A stretch of 60,563 bases of DNA, the filler included, from Sphacelaria rigidula (Eukaryota), in NCBI GenBank assembly GCA_964200075.2. It is 8 parts of 8 records of this genome, joined end to end, with 100 filler letters (N's around TTAATTAATTAA, not from the genome) between each part and the next. Parts side by side here need not be neighbours in the genome. Positions count along the whole stretch, not along the records: positions 22,753 to 30,235 come from CAXNAA020014714.1; positions 30,336 to 37,817 come from CAXNAA020014715.1; 6 more parts are not named here. One strand, given 5' to 3'. Of the stretch, positions 23,503-34,801 are shown piece by piece (within the stretch, counting starts at the first letter, position 1; each line of letters opens with the position of its first letter). Position numbers and translations under genes: made by a program. Under the pieces are notes generated by a model. That model had not been told where the DNA came from. It ran no database searches and was given only the letters and a program-made list of their open reading frames with translations.

Positions 23503-23905
23503 GTGATTTCCGATTCCTGTAATAGTCGACCGCCCACGTGTTCCCCATCCCTCTCTTGTTTTTGGTGGTGGTCTGGTCATCATCATAGACCCCTCCTGGA
23601 CTCCGAACAAGGTCACAAGACTGCTCCAAGGGCTTCCTCCCTCACTATAGCTTTTGAGACTTCCAAGACAGATATTGTTCACAAACGTACAGTCTTCGTT
23701 ATCGGAAGTAAAACCTGCTGTACCTCATTGGACACATATCATTTCGAGCACTCATGGTCGTACTCCAGAGAAAAAATATCCCATGATCTAATATCATAAT
23801 GTAAACCTCATAATATCCAAATCTTCTGCACGAACCTGCAGCCCCTCATGCACCTGTACGTATACTACAGGTGGACTGCTCTACGGCATGGACTCAATCA
23901 TCCAC

Positions 23906-24692
23906 ACGTCGGACAGCTCATGAGCTACCTGAATATTACTTGTTATTAGAATACTGGTTCGGATCATGAGCTACTGTAGCCCATTTGGCCACTATTTCTG
24001 TATTAGCTCCCGACGGCGCTAGACGCCCACCAAGTGGAATAGCGCGAAGGTACAGTAGCGGGTGGTCTAACCATTCAGGAGTGTTTTGGGGTTTTCCTCG
24101 TGTACTACTCTTCGATGGAACTCGGAATTGCTAGCGTCGGTAGACTTTGGTACAATAAACAGATCATCCTCGAAACACAGTGCCCGAGTCAGAGCCAGTT
24201 GGTGTTATCGGGCGATACGAGTAAATACCCCGTTTATCGGGAGGGTCTTATTGACCGTGAAACACAGTTTTCGACTCCAGTGTGATAAGTAGGTCGAATC
24301 TCAAAATAATGAAACTGAACATTTCTTCACGAATGCGATCGGGGCAGGCTCGATCGACCGAAAATACCAAAGAGTAAGAATCTGGGCTGAAACGTGGCAG
24401 GACCCCCGATGACCGGTCAGCGTAAGTCACTCAATATTGGGAACATATGATATTTTAGTCTTCGAATGTGGAGCGGATACAATGTGATGAGCGGTGACAA
24501 GCAAATGGAGCCCATTAAAATTGCTAATTACGAAAAAATCACAAAATGCCACAAAATGAATAGTTAAACCGCTCACTACTGTAGTGCGTTGGCTCCTCGG
24601 ACACTGCTGTTACGTACTTTGTGTTTTTGTACAGCGGATCTGAGAGTTATCGTCAATTAGTTATTTCAGGTAGGTCATGAGCTGTCCGACGT
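23906..24692. mobile_element. Non-autonomous TIR element (probably Tc1/mariner-type, TA target)
   Basis: ACGTCGGACAGCTCATGAGCTACCTGAA at the left end, TTCAGGTAGGTCATGAGCTGTCCGACGT at the right end; another left end with TA at 29545; interior repeated at 12178. Confidence 0.75.
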
Positions 24693-24895
24693 ATGCAACC
24701 ATCTCGTGATCATGAGAGCATGTGGTCATGATTGATCATTACACTCTGGACAATGAATATACCACATTGTACAAAAAAGGGTATACCTACAGTTCAGCAT
24801 TTAATCTGTTTTTTGTCTAGATTTTTACGATCGGCAAAATACTTGGTACTGTACGCGGTACAGTGTACTTACTGATATTGTAATGTATTGCACAC

Positions 24896-25035
24896 TCTGG
24901 ATAACGACAATAGGTTACATTGTCAAAACGTGTACTGGGTACAGTATAGAATCCATGGTATATTGCAATAGACGCAATAGTCGATACTGTACGCAGTTCA
25001 CTTTTTGGCAATGTAATCTGTTGTTTAGGGTATGC
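24896..25035. repeat. Small palindromic MITE-like repeat (second copy about 56665-56810)
   Basis: Shared CTGGATAA.G.CAATAG...TGTCAAAA..TGTACTG.GTACAGTAT...TATTGCAATAGAC.CAA.AGTCGATACTG. Confidence 0.65.
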
Positions 25036-26034
25036 AGTGTATTGTCTGCTGTCTAGTGCATGATGATCATATACGACTCGGACATTCTCATCCCCACCTA
25101 GTGATAAAAAACGAAAGAATTGAGCACAGAAAAATCCAAGAACGTTCAATAATTCGTAATGTCTTGTCGTCCTGTCATTCTGTTGTATTTTTTTTATTTT
25201 ATTCATTTGTCATTCTCATCACATATACTGTTTCCTGAACTCTACAGGCTGGTTCACGGAAAACCCCCCAACTTCGGTCATCAGTAAATGCCTTCTGCAA
25301 TACGCACCCAATAGTCGCATACATGGTATCATACTGACCGCAATGAACAGACGAAGAGGGTGACTTGGCCGGATTTTTTTAAAGGCTGTAGCGGTACCGC
25401 TATGGACAAAAATGTGTCTCAATCAATCAGCGCCTTTCAAACTGTTCCGGAATTGAAAATACGAATTCCAAGCCCAATTTCCACCGAATCTCCACATGCT
25501 TCAAATCGTAGTAACCGTCGTCACCTCAAGAATCTAACGAGAGAATAGGATTTGAAAACGGTTCCAACGGGGTCGAATTATACCCGAAACCGTAATGTTT
25601 CGGTGATGCAGAGTTTGGCGTCATCTAATTTCCACTTATGATACGCAGGAAAGACCCGGGGAGCCTCGTGACGATTTCCCTTATATCTGTTGTAGACAAG
25701 CTCAGATCATCCTCAAACTTGGCAGTTCCGTAGGCATTGATGCTCCAAATGAAAAAAAAAAATGTGTTCTTGGCAAGGGTTCAAAGTTTCTTCGCTCTCT
25801 ACCGGCTTTCGGGGGTCTTTGAACTGGGACCCCCGAAAGGCGGTACAGAATTACTCAAAATCAGAAATAATAACATGATGCGTCCCAGGATGGTCTAGCG
25901 AACACATGTACAATTTTTCGTGGAGAAACTCGAAAATATCTTACAATTTTTTCGGCCTTGAGGCAAAATTCACCTTGAAAAATGTTTTCAGACTCAAAAC
26001 CAAGTAGTAAGGAGTTTGCACGTTTCAAGCTCAC

Positions 26035-26737
26035 ATCCTCGCACAAACGCGCAAATCTTCACGCATTTATCAGGGGTTAGACCGTGAAACTTTGCACAAA
26101 TGTGCTATGAATCATTACGCAAGCTTCGATGAACAAGGTTGTTCTAATTCTTGATTTTTTTTACCGTTTTTCGGGGGTCCTACGGGATCCAAGTCGTTTT
26201 TCCGAAGTCATCCATTATGGGACCCCGGAAAACCGGCACTCCAGTTTTTTTCTGCATTTTTTTCGCGAACGCTGTGCCGCCACAAAACCCAAGGAAAAAC
26301 CTCACAAAGTTTCGTGGCCAAACTCGATTAACTGGTGCTTGAATTTTCATGTTCCACGTCGAAAAAGGCCCAGAAACGCCATTTTCATACTACAATCTAG
26401 TAGTTTGCCGTTTCACCGTGGCACGGCAAGGTTCATCGCACAAACGCGAAAAACTTCACGCCGTTTTAAGGAGTGAGACCCCGAACTTTTGCACAGGTGT
26501 GCTATGGGTCATTACGCAACTTTGTATGGACAAGGTTTTGTTGATTTTTTTGTTTCATACCGTCTTACGGGGGTCCGACTGGATCGAAGGTTTCCCAGAA
26601 AAACTGGGACCTGGAAAAACGGTGAAGAAGTCAAGAAGTGAAAGAAAAAAACCTCGTCCATAAAGAGTTGCGTAGTGACCCATAGAACACGTGTGCAAAA
26701 TTTCAAGGTCTAACTCCTTAAAACGGCATGAAGTTTT
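26035..26737. mobile_element. Foldback/MITE-like element: inverted arms 26450-26550 and 26645-26737, plus a direct copy of the arm at about 26035-26180
   Basis: AAACTTCACGCCGTTTTAAGGAGTGAGACC...TTTTGCACA vs TGTGCAAAA...GGTCTAACTCCTTAAAACGGCATGAAGTTT. Confidence 0.7.
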
Positions 26738-26887
26738 GCCGATGAGCGTTTTTTTTTTCCCGGGAACCAGCCTGTATGCATCCTTTATTGTGTGAGGTGA
26801 GGTGAAGCGAGCGACTTCCTTGAACTTCCTTACGCCTGTCTGTTGCATCCTCCCTTCCCCTCCGTGGCGTTCCTCGGCTGCCCCTAG

Positions 26888-27031
26888 GGTGGGAGCAACG
26901 AGCACCCAGGTGGGTGCAAGCGGGGCATTGGGAGGTGGGAGCGTGGTCGGAAGCGGATCTTTTGCCGAGGTGGAACGATTGCAGAGCTTGGCCAGACAAC
27001 GGGAGGGACAGGCTGACGTTATGAGACAGAG
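26888..27031 (+). CDS. TMF1: Exon of TMF1/golgin-like gene (start of the C-terminal TMF TATA-binding coiled coil)
   Basis: CCTAG acceptor, GTCAGG donor, phase 2/2; FAEVERLQSLARQREGQ matches the TMF/Sgm1/GC5 pattern VERLQS.LRQREGE. Confidence 0.8.
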
Positions 27032-27175
27032 GTCAGGGTCATGGCCTGCTTGTTGCTACGTGTGCGGCTTTGCATGTTTGATGGCTTTGTCATGTTTTGT
27101 TTTGGGTTTTCAGCTGATTGCGGGCTCGTATCTTCAGATTCGCTGCTGTCCATATGTTTTGCTGAGGGGGGGCGT

Positions 27176-27237
27176 ACTCATTTGTTGCTTGCCTTAGTCA
27201 TTTGACCATTGACCACGCATCCCTTTCGAGACGGAGC
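27176..27237 (-). mobile_element. 62-bp RTEX-like LINE 3' end (subfamily A) with ~21-bp TSD, intronic
   Basis: Flanked by ATGTTTTGCTGAGGGGGG(G)CGT at 27154-27175 and 27238-27258. Confidence 0.9.
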
Positions 27238-27356
27238 ATGTTTTGCTGAGGGGGGCGTGAATGTATGGTATGAAATATGATACGTGTGTGCGTGCGCGCT
27301 TTTATTTGCGTTTTTTTTCCCTTCCATTCCGAGCCGAATTTTGTCTAGTCAGTTAG

Positions 27357-27591
27357 GTATGTTATGTTCTGTTCTGTTCTGTTATGTTCTGTTATGTTCT
27401 GTTATGTTCTGTTTTGTTATGTTATGTTCTGTTATGTTATGTTATGTTATGTTATGTTATGTTATGTTATGTTATGTTATGTTATGTTATGTTATGTTAT
27501 GTTATGTTATGTTATGTTATGTTATGTTATGTTATGTTATGTTATGTTATGTTATGTTATGTTATGTTATGTTATGTTATGTTATGTTATG

Positions 27592-27642
<51 letters not shown>
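27357..27642. repeat. Compound microsatellite (GTTAT)n then (ATGT)n
   Basis: Direct inspection. Confidence 0.97.
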
Positions 27643-27643
<1 letters not shown>

Positions 27644-27879
27644 TCACATTTGAGAACGTTGCTATTAACACATGAAATATTTTTTAAGGAGGCTATTTCG
27701 AACGAAATCGTGGAGGAAAAATCAGAAATATTGACGCCACTTTCCTGTTTTTCTTCTTGTTGTTTTTGTTGTTCCTTGTCCCTCGCTTCGACTATTTCGC
27801 CGCTGCTATGCGTTTCCGCTTTGTTTTCCGCTTTGCGTCTGCTTGTTGGTTTGTCGGGTGGATATTTCGTCGGTGGCAG

Positions 27880-28072
27880 ACTGGAAGACGTGCAAGCCAC
27901 GAGGGATGCGTTGACGGAGGAGGTGGCGGCCCTGGGCCGCAGGAACACAGAGCTCGAGGCCCTTGCCAAGGCCGTTCCCGTGCTAAGGGAGCAGGCCATG
28001 GAGCTGACGAAAAAGAACTCGGTCCTGCTTGACCTCCTCGGAGAGAAGACGGAGGATCTCGAGGCTATGCAG
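27880..28072 (+). CDS. TMF1: Exon of TMF1/golgin-like gene (TMF TATA-binding domain)
   Basis: GGCAG acceptor, GTCTGC donor; LEDVQATRDALTEEVAALGRRN...VLLDLLGEKTEDLEAMQ contains the LxLLGEKxE motif of TMF1/Sgm1; last exon not found on this contig. Confidence 0.85.
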
Positions 28073-28107
28073 GTCTGCTGAGGAGCATCCGTCCAAATAG
28101 TTGTCCA

Positions 28108-28145
<38 letters not shown>

Positions 28146-30106
28146 TATGACACATACACACACCAGATTATGACATACTGAACGGGAGAGAGTAAGAAAC
28201 TACGTGAATAAAAAAGAATAGCCGGAAGTAATACGTGTTCTGTCGTTCATTCGAGTTCTTCTATATATTCTTTATTTTTTGTTTTTGCTTCCATTTTTCA
28301 TTTTGTTGTTCGTGTGTGTTTTGTGTCTAATGAAAGTTGCCCCCACCAAAAACCACGTGGTGCGCGGGAACATACCTCAAGGTTCGGAGTTTTTCTGAAC
28401 ACTGACCGTTTGCTCAAGAAGTTGTCGACAGTACAAATAAATAAAGGGTGTGCTGGGCAGGGTAAAAACCCGGGTATTTACCATCATGGAATTTGTGTTG
28501 CGATGACCCGATTCCCAAACTCTACCCAATTAATGGGTATAGGTAGGTACAATCGTATTTATCTACCCGACATCTAGGTATCGTGGGGACGATCTCAGTA
28601 CTTGAGAGTAACGGTTTTTCGAAATATCTAAATGTGGGAAATATTCTACCCAACACGCGCTTGAAATTATCTCATCGGAACTTGGATTCTCGCTGTCGAA
28701 GAATGGCTTACAGGTGCGCCGTATTCCTACCGAAACAGCCTGGCAGCGAGTCATTCCGCTTATTGCCTCAATTGGCCTGCAGTGGGTGTAGCCCTCTCTT
28801 GTCGGACCAAAAACGTTCGCGAAAGGGTAATAGAAAGTCGAGTTTCCAACTTTTTTTTCTGGTGAACCGTTAGAAACGGCCGGAGCAGCAGTGCTTTTGG
28901 GTATGCTGTTATTAATAGGCTCGATCTGCCTCGTGTGCGTGTGCGCGTGAAAAAAAATTAAGTGAGATTTTTCTTCTGGCGGGCCAGGTGTACAAGGTGT
29001 GTGTGTAGGTGTGTGTTTTCTTTTTTCGTGCGTTTTTTTCTGATATTTTCTAGATACGGGTGTTTTTCGGGATATTTTGCATGTAACAGGTCTGTGCGTG
29101 GAAGATTACCAATATACATCAATATATACTCATTTATTGTGTGTAGCGTCTACATCTCTTTGTACTCCACATTATGTGAAGGTACTGGACGATTGATACG
29201 TCAAGTGTGTCGTGTTAGGCGCATCATATTTGGGATTTTTATTTTCTATTGTACACACACACACACCCTCGTGTCCCTCCGCAACGGCCTCGTTTGGGCG
29301 CCGCTGTGAAACCAGTTACGTCTGCGAGCCCTCTTGTGGTTGAATGCCATAGTATCTCTTTCTGGTCTTTTTGGCCCGTAGTTACATCTTCAACAAACGT
29401 CGCGAAGCACAAACTGGCCGATAAATTCGAGCAATCGCTTGGGTGTACCCTAGGGAAAAAAACGGTGAGGGGTGGGAGTGGGGGTGGGAGTGGGGGGGGG
29501 GTACTATCTTCTTCGAAGGGTTCAAAATAACTCGAAGGCTGCATACGTCGGACAGCTCGTGAGCTACCTCAAAATTACTCATCAAGAAGGACTCATAGAT
29601 CTGTTTTCCAAGAAGACAAAATATGTGACATGAGAGGTCCGAAAAGCCAAAAAGCGTCACCTTTTGGGCTACTTGGCAAGTTCGGCGTCCAGAGCTGAGC
29701 GATGTTACGGTAGGGGTGCACAAATATTTTCTGACGTTGGAACTTTTAGGAGCCCTTCATCTCATCCAAAACACAGCGCGTGAAATATGTAAGAGTACGC
29801 CAGAATTACTATTCCAATATGCTTTTATAGGGATATACCGAATTAACACCAACGGGGACGCCCTGACCCATATTCTTGTGCATCCAGATTCCTCATGAGC
29901 CTCTGAACCAGTCAAGATTTTGCGCAAAAAGGGCACCCCCTACCGTAGCATTGCTCGGCTGTAGGTAGGAAGCACATATGGCGAACAAAAAAAAAAGTCA
30001 AATGAGCTTCCTGACGATTGGGATCAGTAACACTAAAAAGAAGAAATGAGACTCAAGACACTTTCTACGATAGCCCCCCCCCCCCCAAATAAATAAATAA
30101 ATCCAG

Positions 30107-30147
30107 CAATGGTCTCTATGACTATGGCATGCATGATCATGAGTACA
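30107..30147 (+). mobile_element. Very short RTEX-like LINE 3' end (subfamily B) inserted in the C-run of repeat family X
   Basis: CAATGGTCTCTATGACTATGGCATGCATGATCATGAGTACA, flanked by CCCCCAAA..CCAGC on both sides. Confidence 0.75.
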
Positions 30148-30235
30148 CCCCCAAAACCAGCTAAAAGTGTCACGAAAACAATGGCCATACAGCGCATGAT
30201 GTTCGGGTTCAGACTGCATGAAGCGCCTCATATTG

Positions 30236-30335
30236 NNNNNNNNNNNNNNNNNNNNNNNNNNNNNNNNNNNNNNNNNNNNTTAATTAATTAANNNNNNNNN
30301 NNNNNNNNNNNNNNNNNNNNNNNNNNNNNNNNNNN
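30236..30335. other. Artificial contig linker
   Basis: N/TTAATTAATTAA/N, 100 nt. Confidence 0.98.
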
Positions 30336-31345
30336 CGGAGCACCGTTCCTACTCCTAATAGAGACATGTGCAACATTCCGGCGCTCATTACGTTTCTTCC
30401 ATACATTACACAAAAACCTTTTACATCTCTTATCCCCGTCCTGTTTTGCCGTCTCTGGCCACCGGCTACCTCCTCGTGTAGCCATCGTTTTCTCCCTACT
30501 GTCTGATGCATCAAACAATTTCATCCCACCTTCGTTCAAGTCCCGCATCCCCCCCTTTGGCACGTCCTGTTCTCCCTTGTATAATTCACATTCTGCCACT
30601 ATATGACTTCTGCTTTCTATTCCTTTGCCACAGAGGTAGTCCTGTCCATCTACTTCCTCCTCCTTTCGACTACTGGTATATCTCTTTCCTCTTTCTGGCA
30701 GGTCCAGGTCCCCCACCCGAAATCGCAGTTTCAAATTTTTTGCAGAGTGCGTCGGGCCATGCAAATATGCTTTCATCCCTATCACCTCTCTCAACCACCC
30801 GTATATCTGCAGGTGTTCTTCCTCGTCTATTTTGCGTCTGAGCGCACCTTTTCCCCGTATTTGTATCATATCTCTTCCTTTTGCCTCGTACCTCGCGTCT
30901 GTATTTATGGACACACTTTCGTCTTGGTTTCCGCCTGTCTCCTTCCATATTTTCTCGACTTTCTTTATCCCACCTTATATCACGCCCTTTCGTACTTTTC
31001 TTCCATACAGCCCTATCAACTATTATTGCTGGCAATCTCCTTCTCTGCATGTTTTTTACGCTATACTTCCATCGCAATTTCCTCATGTATCTCTTTGTTT
31101 TTAGTGCGTACATTCCCAACTCTGCTCTCAAAACTGTATCACTCGTCGCTTTCGAGCATCTAAGTATTTTCTTACTTGATGCCATCTGCACTGTTTCCAA
31201 CTCCTCCACCAACTTTACGTTCTCCTCCCATACTTCTCCTGCATATTCCAGCTTTGGTACGATCACGTTCATCGGAATACATATCTTGATCCTAGTGTCT
31301 AGGTGTGGGTTTCTGAGGATCACGTCCAACCTGCCTATCTGTGCC
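30336..31345 (-). mobile_element. 5'-truncated non-LTR retrotransposon (RTEX-like), RT thumb and C-terminal zinc-knuckle region, frameshifted
   Basis: VIVPKLEYAGEVW...LETVQ...KKILRC...VLRAELGMYAL; LKLRFRVGDLDL...CGKGIESRSHIVAECELY (CCHC-like); ends RSRNGAP, which continues into the short subfamily A 3' ends. Clade assigned by motif recall. Confidence 0.85.
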
Positions 31346-31739
31346 TCAGAGACAGCCACGGGTTCATCACACGCATGGCCTCATAGGTCTCACTATTTAA
31401 ACACTACATAAAACTAGTATCCCCTTTGCGCGGAATTCCGGTTTTGTAACTAACCCACAATATGATCTAACTCGACCACCATCATGGTTTCCGCAAAAAA
31501 ACGCAAGTGGGAAAACAATCGGTAATCAGGTTGCCTAGATTCGCCAACCGACGCCAGCCCTGTAGCCTTCGTGGGGGGGAGGGGGGAGTGACTGGGGGGT
31601 TTTAGGGCCATTTCTTCCACAAAATTCCACTTCAAATCGTCGTTGATAGCAGCAACGGTTGGTCAAACGCGCTGGCTTTTACCGATAAATACCACTCAGT
31701 CATACTACTTGGCACCGTTCTCACCTACCCAAGTACCTA

Positions 31740-31889
31740 TTTTGCTTGTTTCGCGTTTTGTGAGTTTTATTCTGCGTCAATTTTGGTTTTTTGGTTTTTG
31801 CTAGCCTGTGACGACGGAAGGCGTCCGCATCAGATGCCCAGTACGAATGTACTGCGCAGATGTCGGAACGGTTTTTAATGTCAAGACAA

Positions 31890-31955
<66 letters not shown>
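31740..31955 (+). mobile_element. 5'-truncated RTE LINE 3' end with (CAA)n tail
   Basis: T-rich segment plus CTAGCCTGTG..ACGGAAGGCGTCCG..TCAGATGCCCAGTACGAATGTAC, colinear with 46572-46835. Confidence 0.85.
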
Positions 31956-33229
31956 GTATAAGTGCAGCGGGAGTGTGATGGCCGGTCTGACACATTTATG
32001 AGCCCCTTTTTTCGTAGAAATAAACAAACTCCTTTTCGTAGCACAAATCCATCACAACTGAACCTACAGTATGCAATTCACAATTCACACGAACAAGCTG
32101 ATACCCACATCGAAACACGAGATTTTGGAAATCGAGGATGGAATTTTCTTTCAAGATGGGCCATCGGTAAGACGAACCATTGCATCCGCAGAATGGATCC
32201 CTTTAGACCCGCTTAGTTGTCGCTCACCGAATACAACCACGACGAAACCTGGCGCCAACCAACTTGCCGGCGTGTTCAGTTGAATACTCGGCCGTCTTCG
32301 TGTTGTGTGCTTTTTTTTCGCCTCTCTTTCCTCTCAATGGGCGGGTGGATCGGGAACATGATTGGAACGGTAGCGATTCTCCCGTGTTTGACGCATAATA
32401 TTATCATGACATTACCTAATACTTCTCTGCTGCAAAGGGAGATAATACATTGTAGTCCGGAGAGCGGCATGAGGTTTGTGGTAAGCCTCAGCAGCAGTAG
32501 CGTCCTTGATCTTCCCCGTGAAACAAGTCGTTCGCTTCTTTATATCCCGATTATTCCACTCGACGCTTTACAAATGTTTTTCTCGCGCACTTGGGGCGCG
32601 TAGGAGGGCTTAGGTAGCGTGTAGCGCGCGCACTGAATATAAACGTATCTAGGCGGGAAAAACGTATCTAAATTGTACAATGGAGGGTGAACATCAGTCG
32701 ACATCTGGCCCAACTAGAGTACGGCAGCTTTCAGGGACGGTTGCTCTTTTCTGCGCATGGTCGCGCCAGGATTTGAGGGCTTTCCTCCGCCGTTTCTTTT
32801 CAAGGGACGGGAATAGCAAATATATCACGGGATTTTACAAATTGACGATGGATTGAGTCATGCTACGATAGGGAGCAGGGTCATTTTGGGCCGCTTTCTT
32901 CCACGAAATTCCACTTCAATCGCCGTTGAAAACAGCCAACCGTTACTTGTTCGAACGCGCTTGCTCCCGATAAATATCGCTCATTGATACTGCTTTACAT
33001 CGACTTTACCCCAATAACAGCGTACCGCGAGTGTTTTGGATAGTTTGACGCATCTACGAGCACGTGGGATCGAACACCCCCTCCCTGTATCGTAGCATGG
33101 TTCGATTCGTTTCTCAGGATAAACCTTGGGACCCGTCATAAGCCTCGCAATATTTTCGTAAAAACGCAAGCTCACTCCCCGGCCGTGACGTGTGGCCTCA
33201 CTCACCTTGAAAATACGACATCCAAGTGA

Positions 33230-33960
33230 TGCCGCGACATCCCCCCTAAACCAGCCCGAAAGCTGTCACGACAAAAATTGCCATCATCACTGGTATAGCG
33301 CGTGAGAGCTGGTTTCAGACTGGACGAAGCACGTCGCATGGGCGACATTGGCGAGAACGGTCTCAAGCATGAGAGTTCCCGGCAAGCTGCTCGGTGTGCT
33401 TGACTTTGGTCTTTCTGAATCGCATGCATTTTTTTTCTCCTCAAACCAACCATTTTTCTGAGGAGAGGTTATATGGCGCCATCACTCATCCGCAATTTGC
33501 AAAATCTCGCTGTCACGGGAGATTCTGACAAAAAGGAACTGTTGTTTTGTACGGAATGAACTGAGGTGGAGATTCTCCGGTGTAAACAAGGGATTGCACC
33601 AATTTTTGCGGAATGGGTTCTGTCGGGGATGAGCAAGGTCATATATCACGGCCGAAACTTGCATCTGCATTTTGACGTCGAAAATATTTCGTTGCGCAAG
33701 AGGGTTCCCAAGGTCCATCCTCAAAAAGAGGCTCCATCCTCATTTCGTGAAATTCCGTGTTATGTCCTCAATTGATGTGCCTTGAAAAAAAACGGGAAAA
33801 AACGGTGTTCAGCAGAATGCTCGTGTTATGGTTTCGAATGGAGAGTCATAGATTCTTCGTAATTTTGGAGCTAATTTCCCACCAACTGAGAGCTTTCACA
33901 TCGGTACTTCAACGACCACCTGCAGTGTGCGATGAAGAAAATAATTCATGATTTTTCTGC
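33230..33960 (+). repeat. Copy of unclassified coding-like repeat family X
   Basis: Aligns by eye to the reverse complements of 36720-37790 and 15500-15775 (GTTTCAGAC, TCTCAAG..TG.GA.TTC, TGTGCT.GA.TTT, TTCTCCTCAA.CCA). Confidence 0.6.
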
Positions 33961-34515
33961 AAACGTGAATAGTGAGCACCACAGCTCCTTTTCCCCCTTT
34001 TTCCTTACGAGTAAGGAGGAAACCTGTCCCAACACAAACCCCACAAGCGGGCTCTTGTGCCGAATTCCCGAAGGCTCGGCCAGACCGCCTCACGGCAGTC
34101 ATGTGGGGTAGGCGCCGCGAGCGTTTGCAACCTTTGCTCAAGACAGTGTGGGGGCCGGACCCATTTAACCCTCCTTATCAACTAGGCGCAGTACACGCGC
34201 CGCCATGCTCTTACGGGCCTCGGCCCTGGAAGTAGTAGCTACTACTGTGCACCGCTCCGTGTATGTCTGTCCATTGGGGCACCAGGTCTGTCTAGTGAGA
34301 CAGGATCACGTCACACACAAGCCTTTCAAGACGCACGACCAGGCCGCGAGCGGGCATATATATCACATTCTTTCTTTCAGCTTTCTTCATGTTAGGGAGC
34401 ACTCCCGGATCACGCTTACATGCCACTCTTTCTTGTTGGGATATATATGTATACTCACAAGGGTCTGTCGAAAGAAAAATTTCGGACACGGTTACCCCCC
34501 CCCCCCGCCCCTCCA

Positions 34516-34675
34516 GGGGATAAGATATGTAAAAGTTTTTTGTGTAATGTATGAAGAAACTTGATGAGCGCCGGGATGTTGCAGGTGACTCTACTAGGAG
34601 TAGAAACGGTGCTCCGTCTCGAAAGGGATGCGTGGTCAATGGTCAAACGACCAAGGCAAGCAACACATGAGTACG
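34516..34675 (+). mobile_element. 5'-truncated RTEX-like LINE 3' end (subfamily A) between C-runs
   Basis: Matches the reverse complement of 30336-30436 and continues to GCAACACATGAGTACG-TCCCCC. Confidence 0.85.
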
Positions 34676-34801
34676 TCCCCCCTCCCCGAAAATGATCGAA
34701 GGCACTTGTGGACGGTACTTCCCTCGGGTTTTTGTCGCATACTGGCTAGCCTCCTCAAACCTCATTTCATTGATCAACCTCATTTTATAGAATCCCCTGT
34801 T
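34676..34801. repeat. One arm of the foldback element seen at 39598-39960
   Basis: Reverse complement of about 39604-39725 (CCTCGGGTTTTTGTCGCATACTGGCTAGCCTCCTCAAACCT). Confidence 0.85.

Noticed and set aside
27284-27675. ORFs of CYVML repeats and other poly-L/V/C/T/M/I ORFs (e.g. 19278-19833, 46574-47023, 53034-53364)
   Set aside because: Translations of microsatellites.
9503-28072. Joining the coiled-coil exon at 9503-9681 to the TMF1-like exons as one gene with a huge intron containing the tRNA
   Set aside because: The phases are compatible, but the exons lie on different concatenated contigs; there is no evidence of linkage.
31801-31955. Independent ~90-nt SINE with (CAA)n tail
   Set aside because: Upstream sequence aligns with the RTE 3' UTR at 46572-46660, so these are truncated LINE ends.
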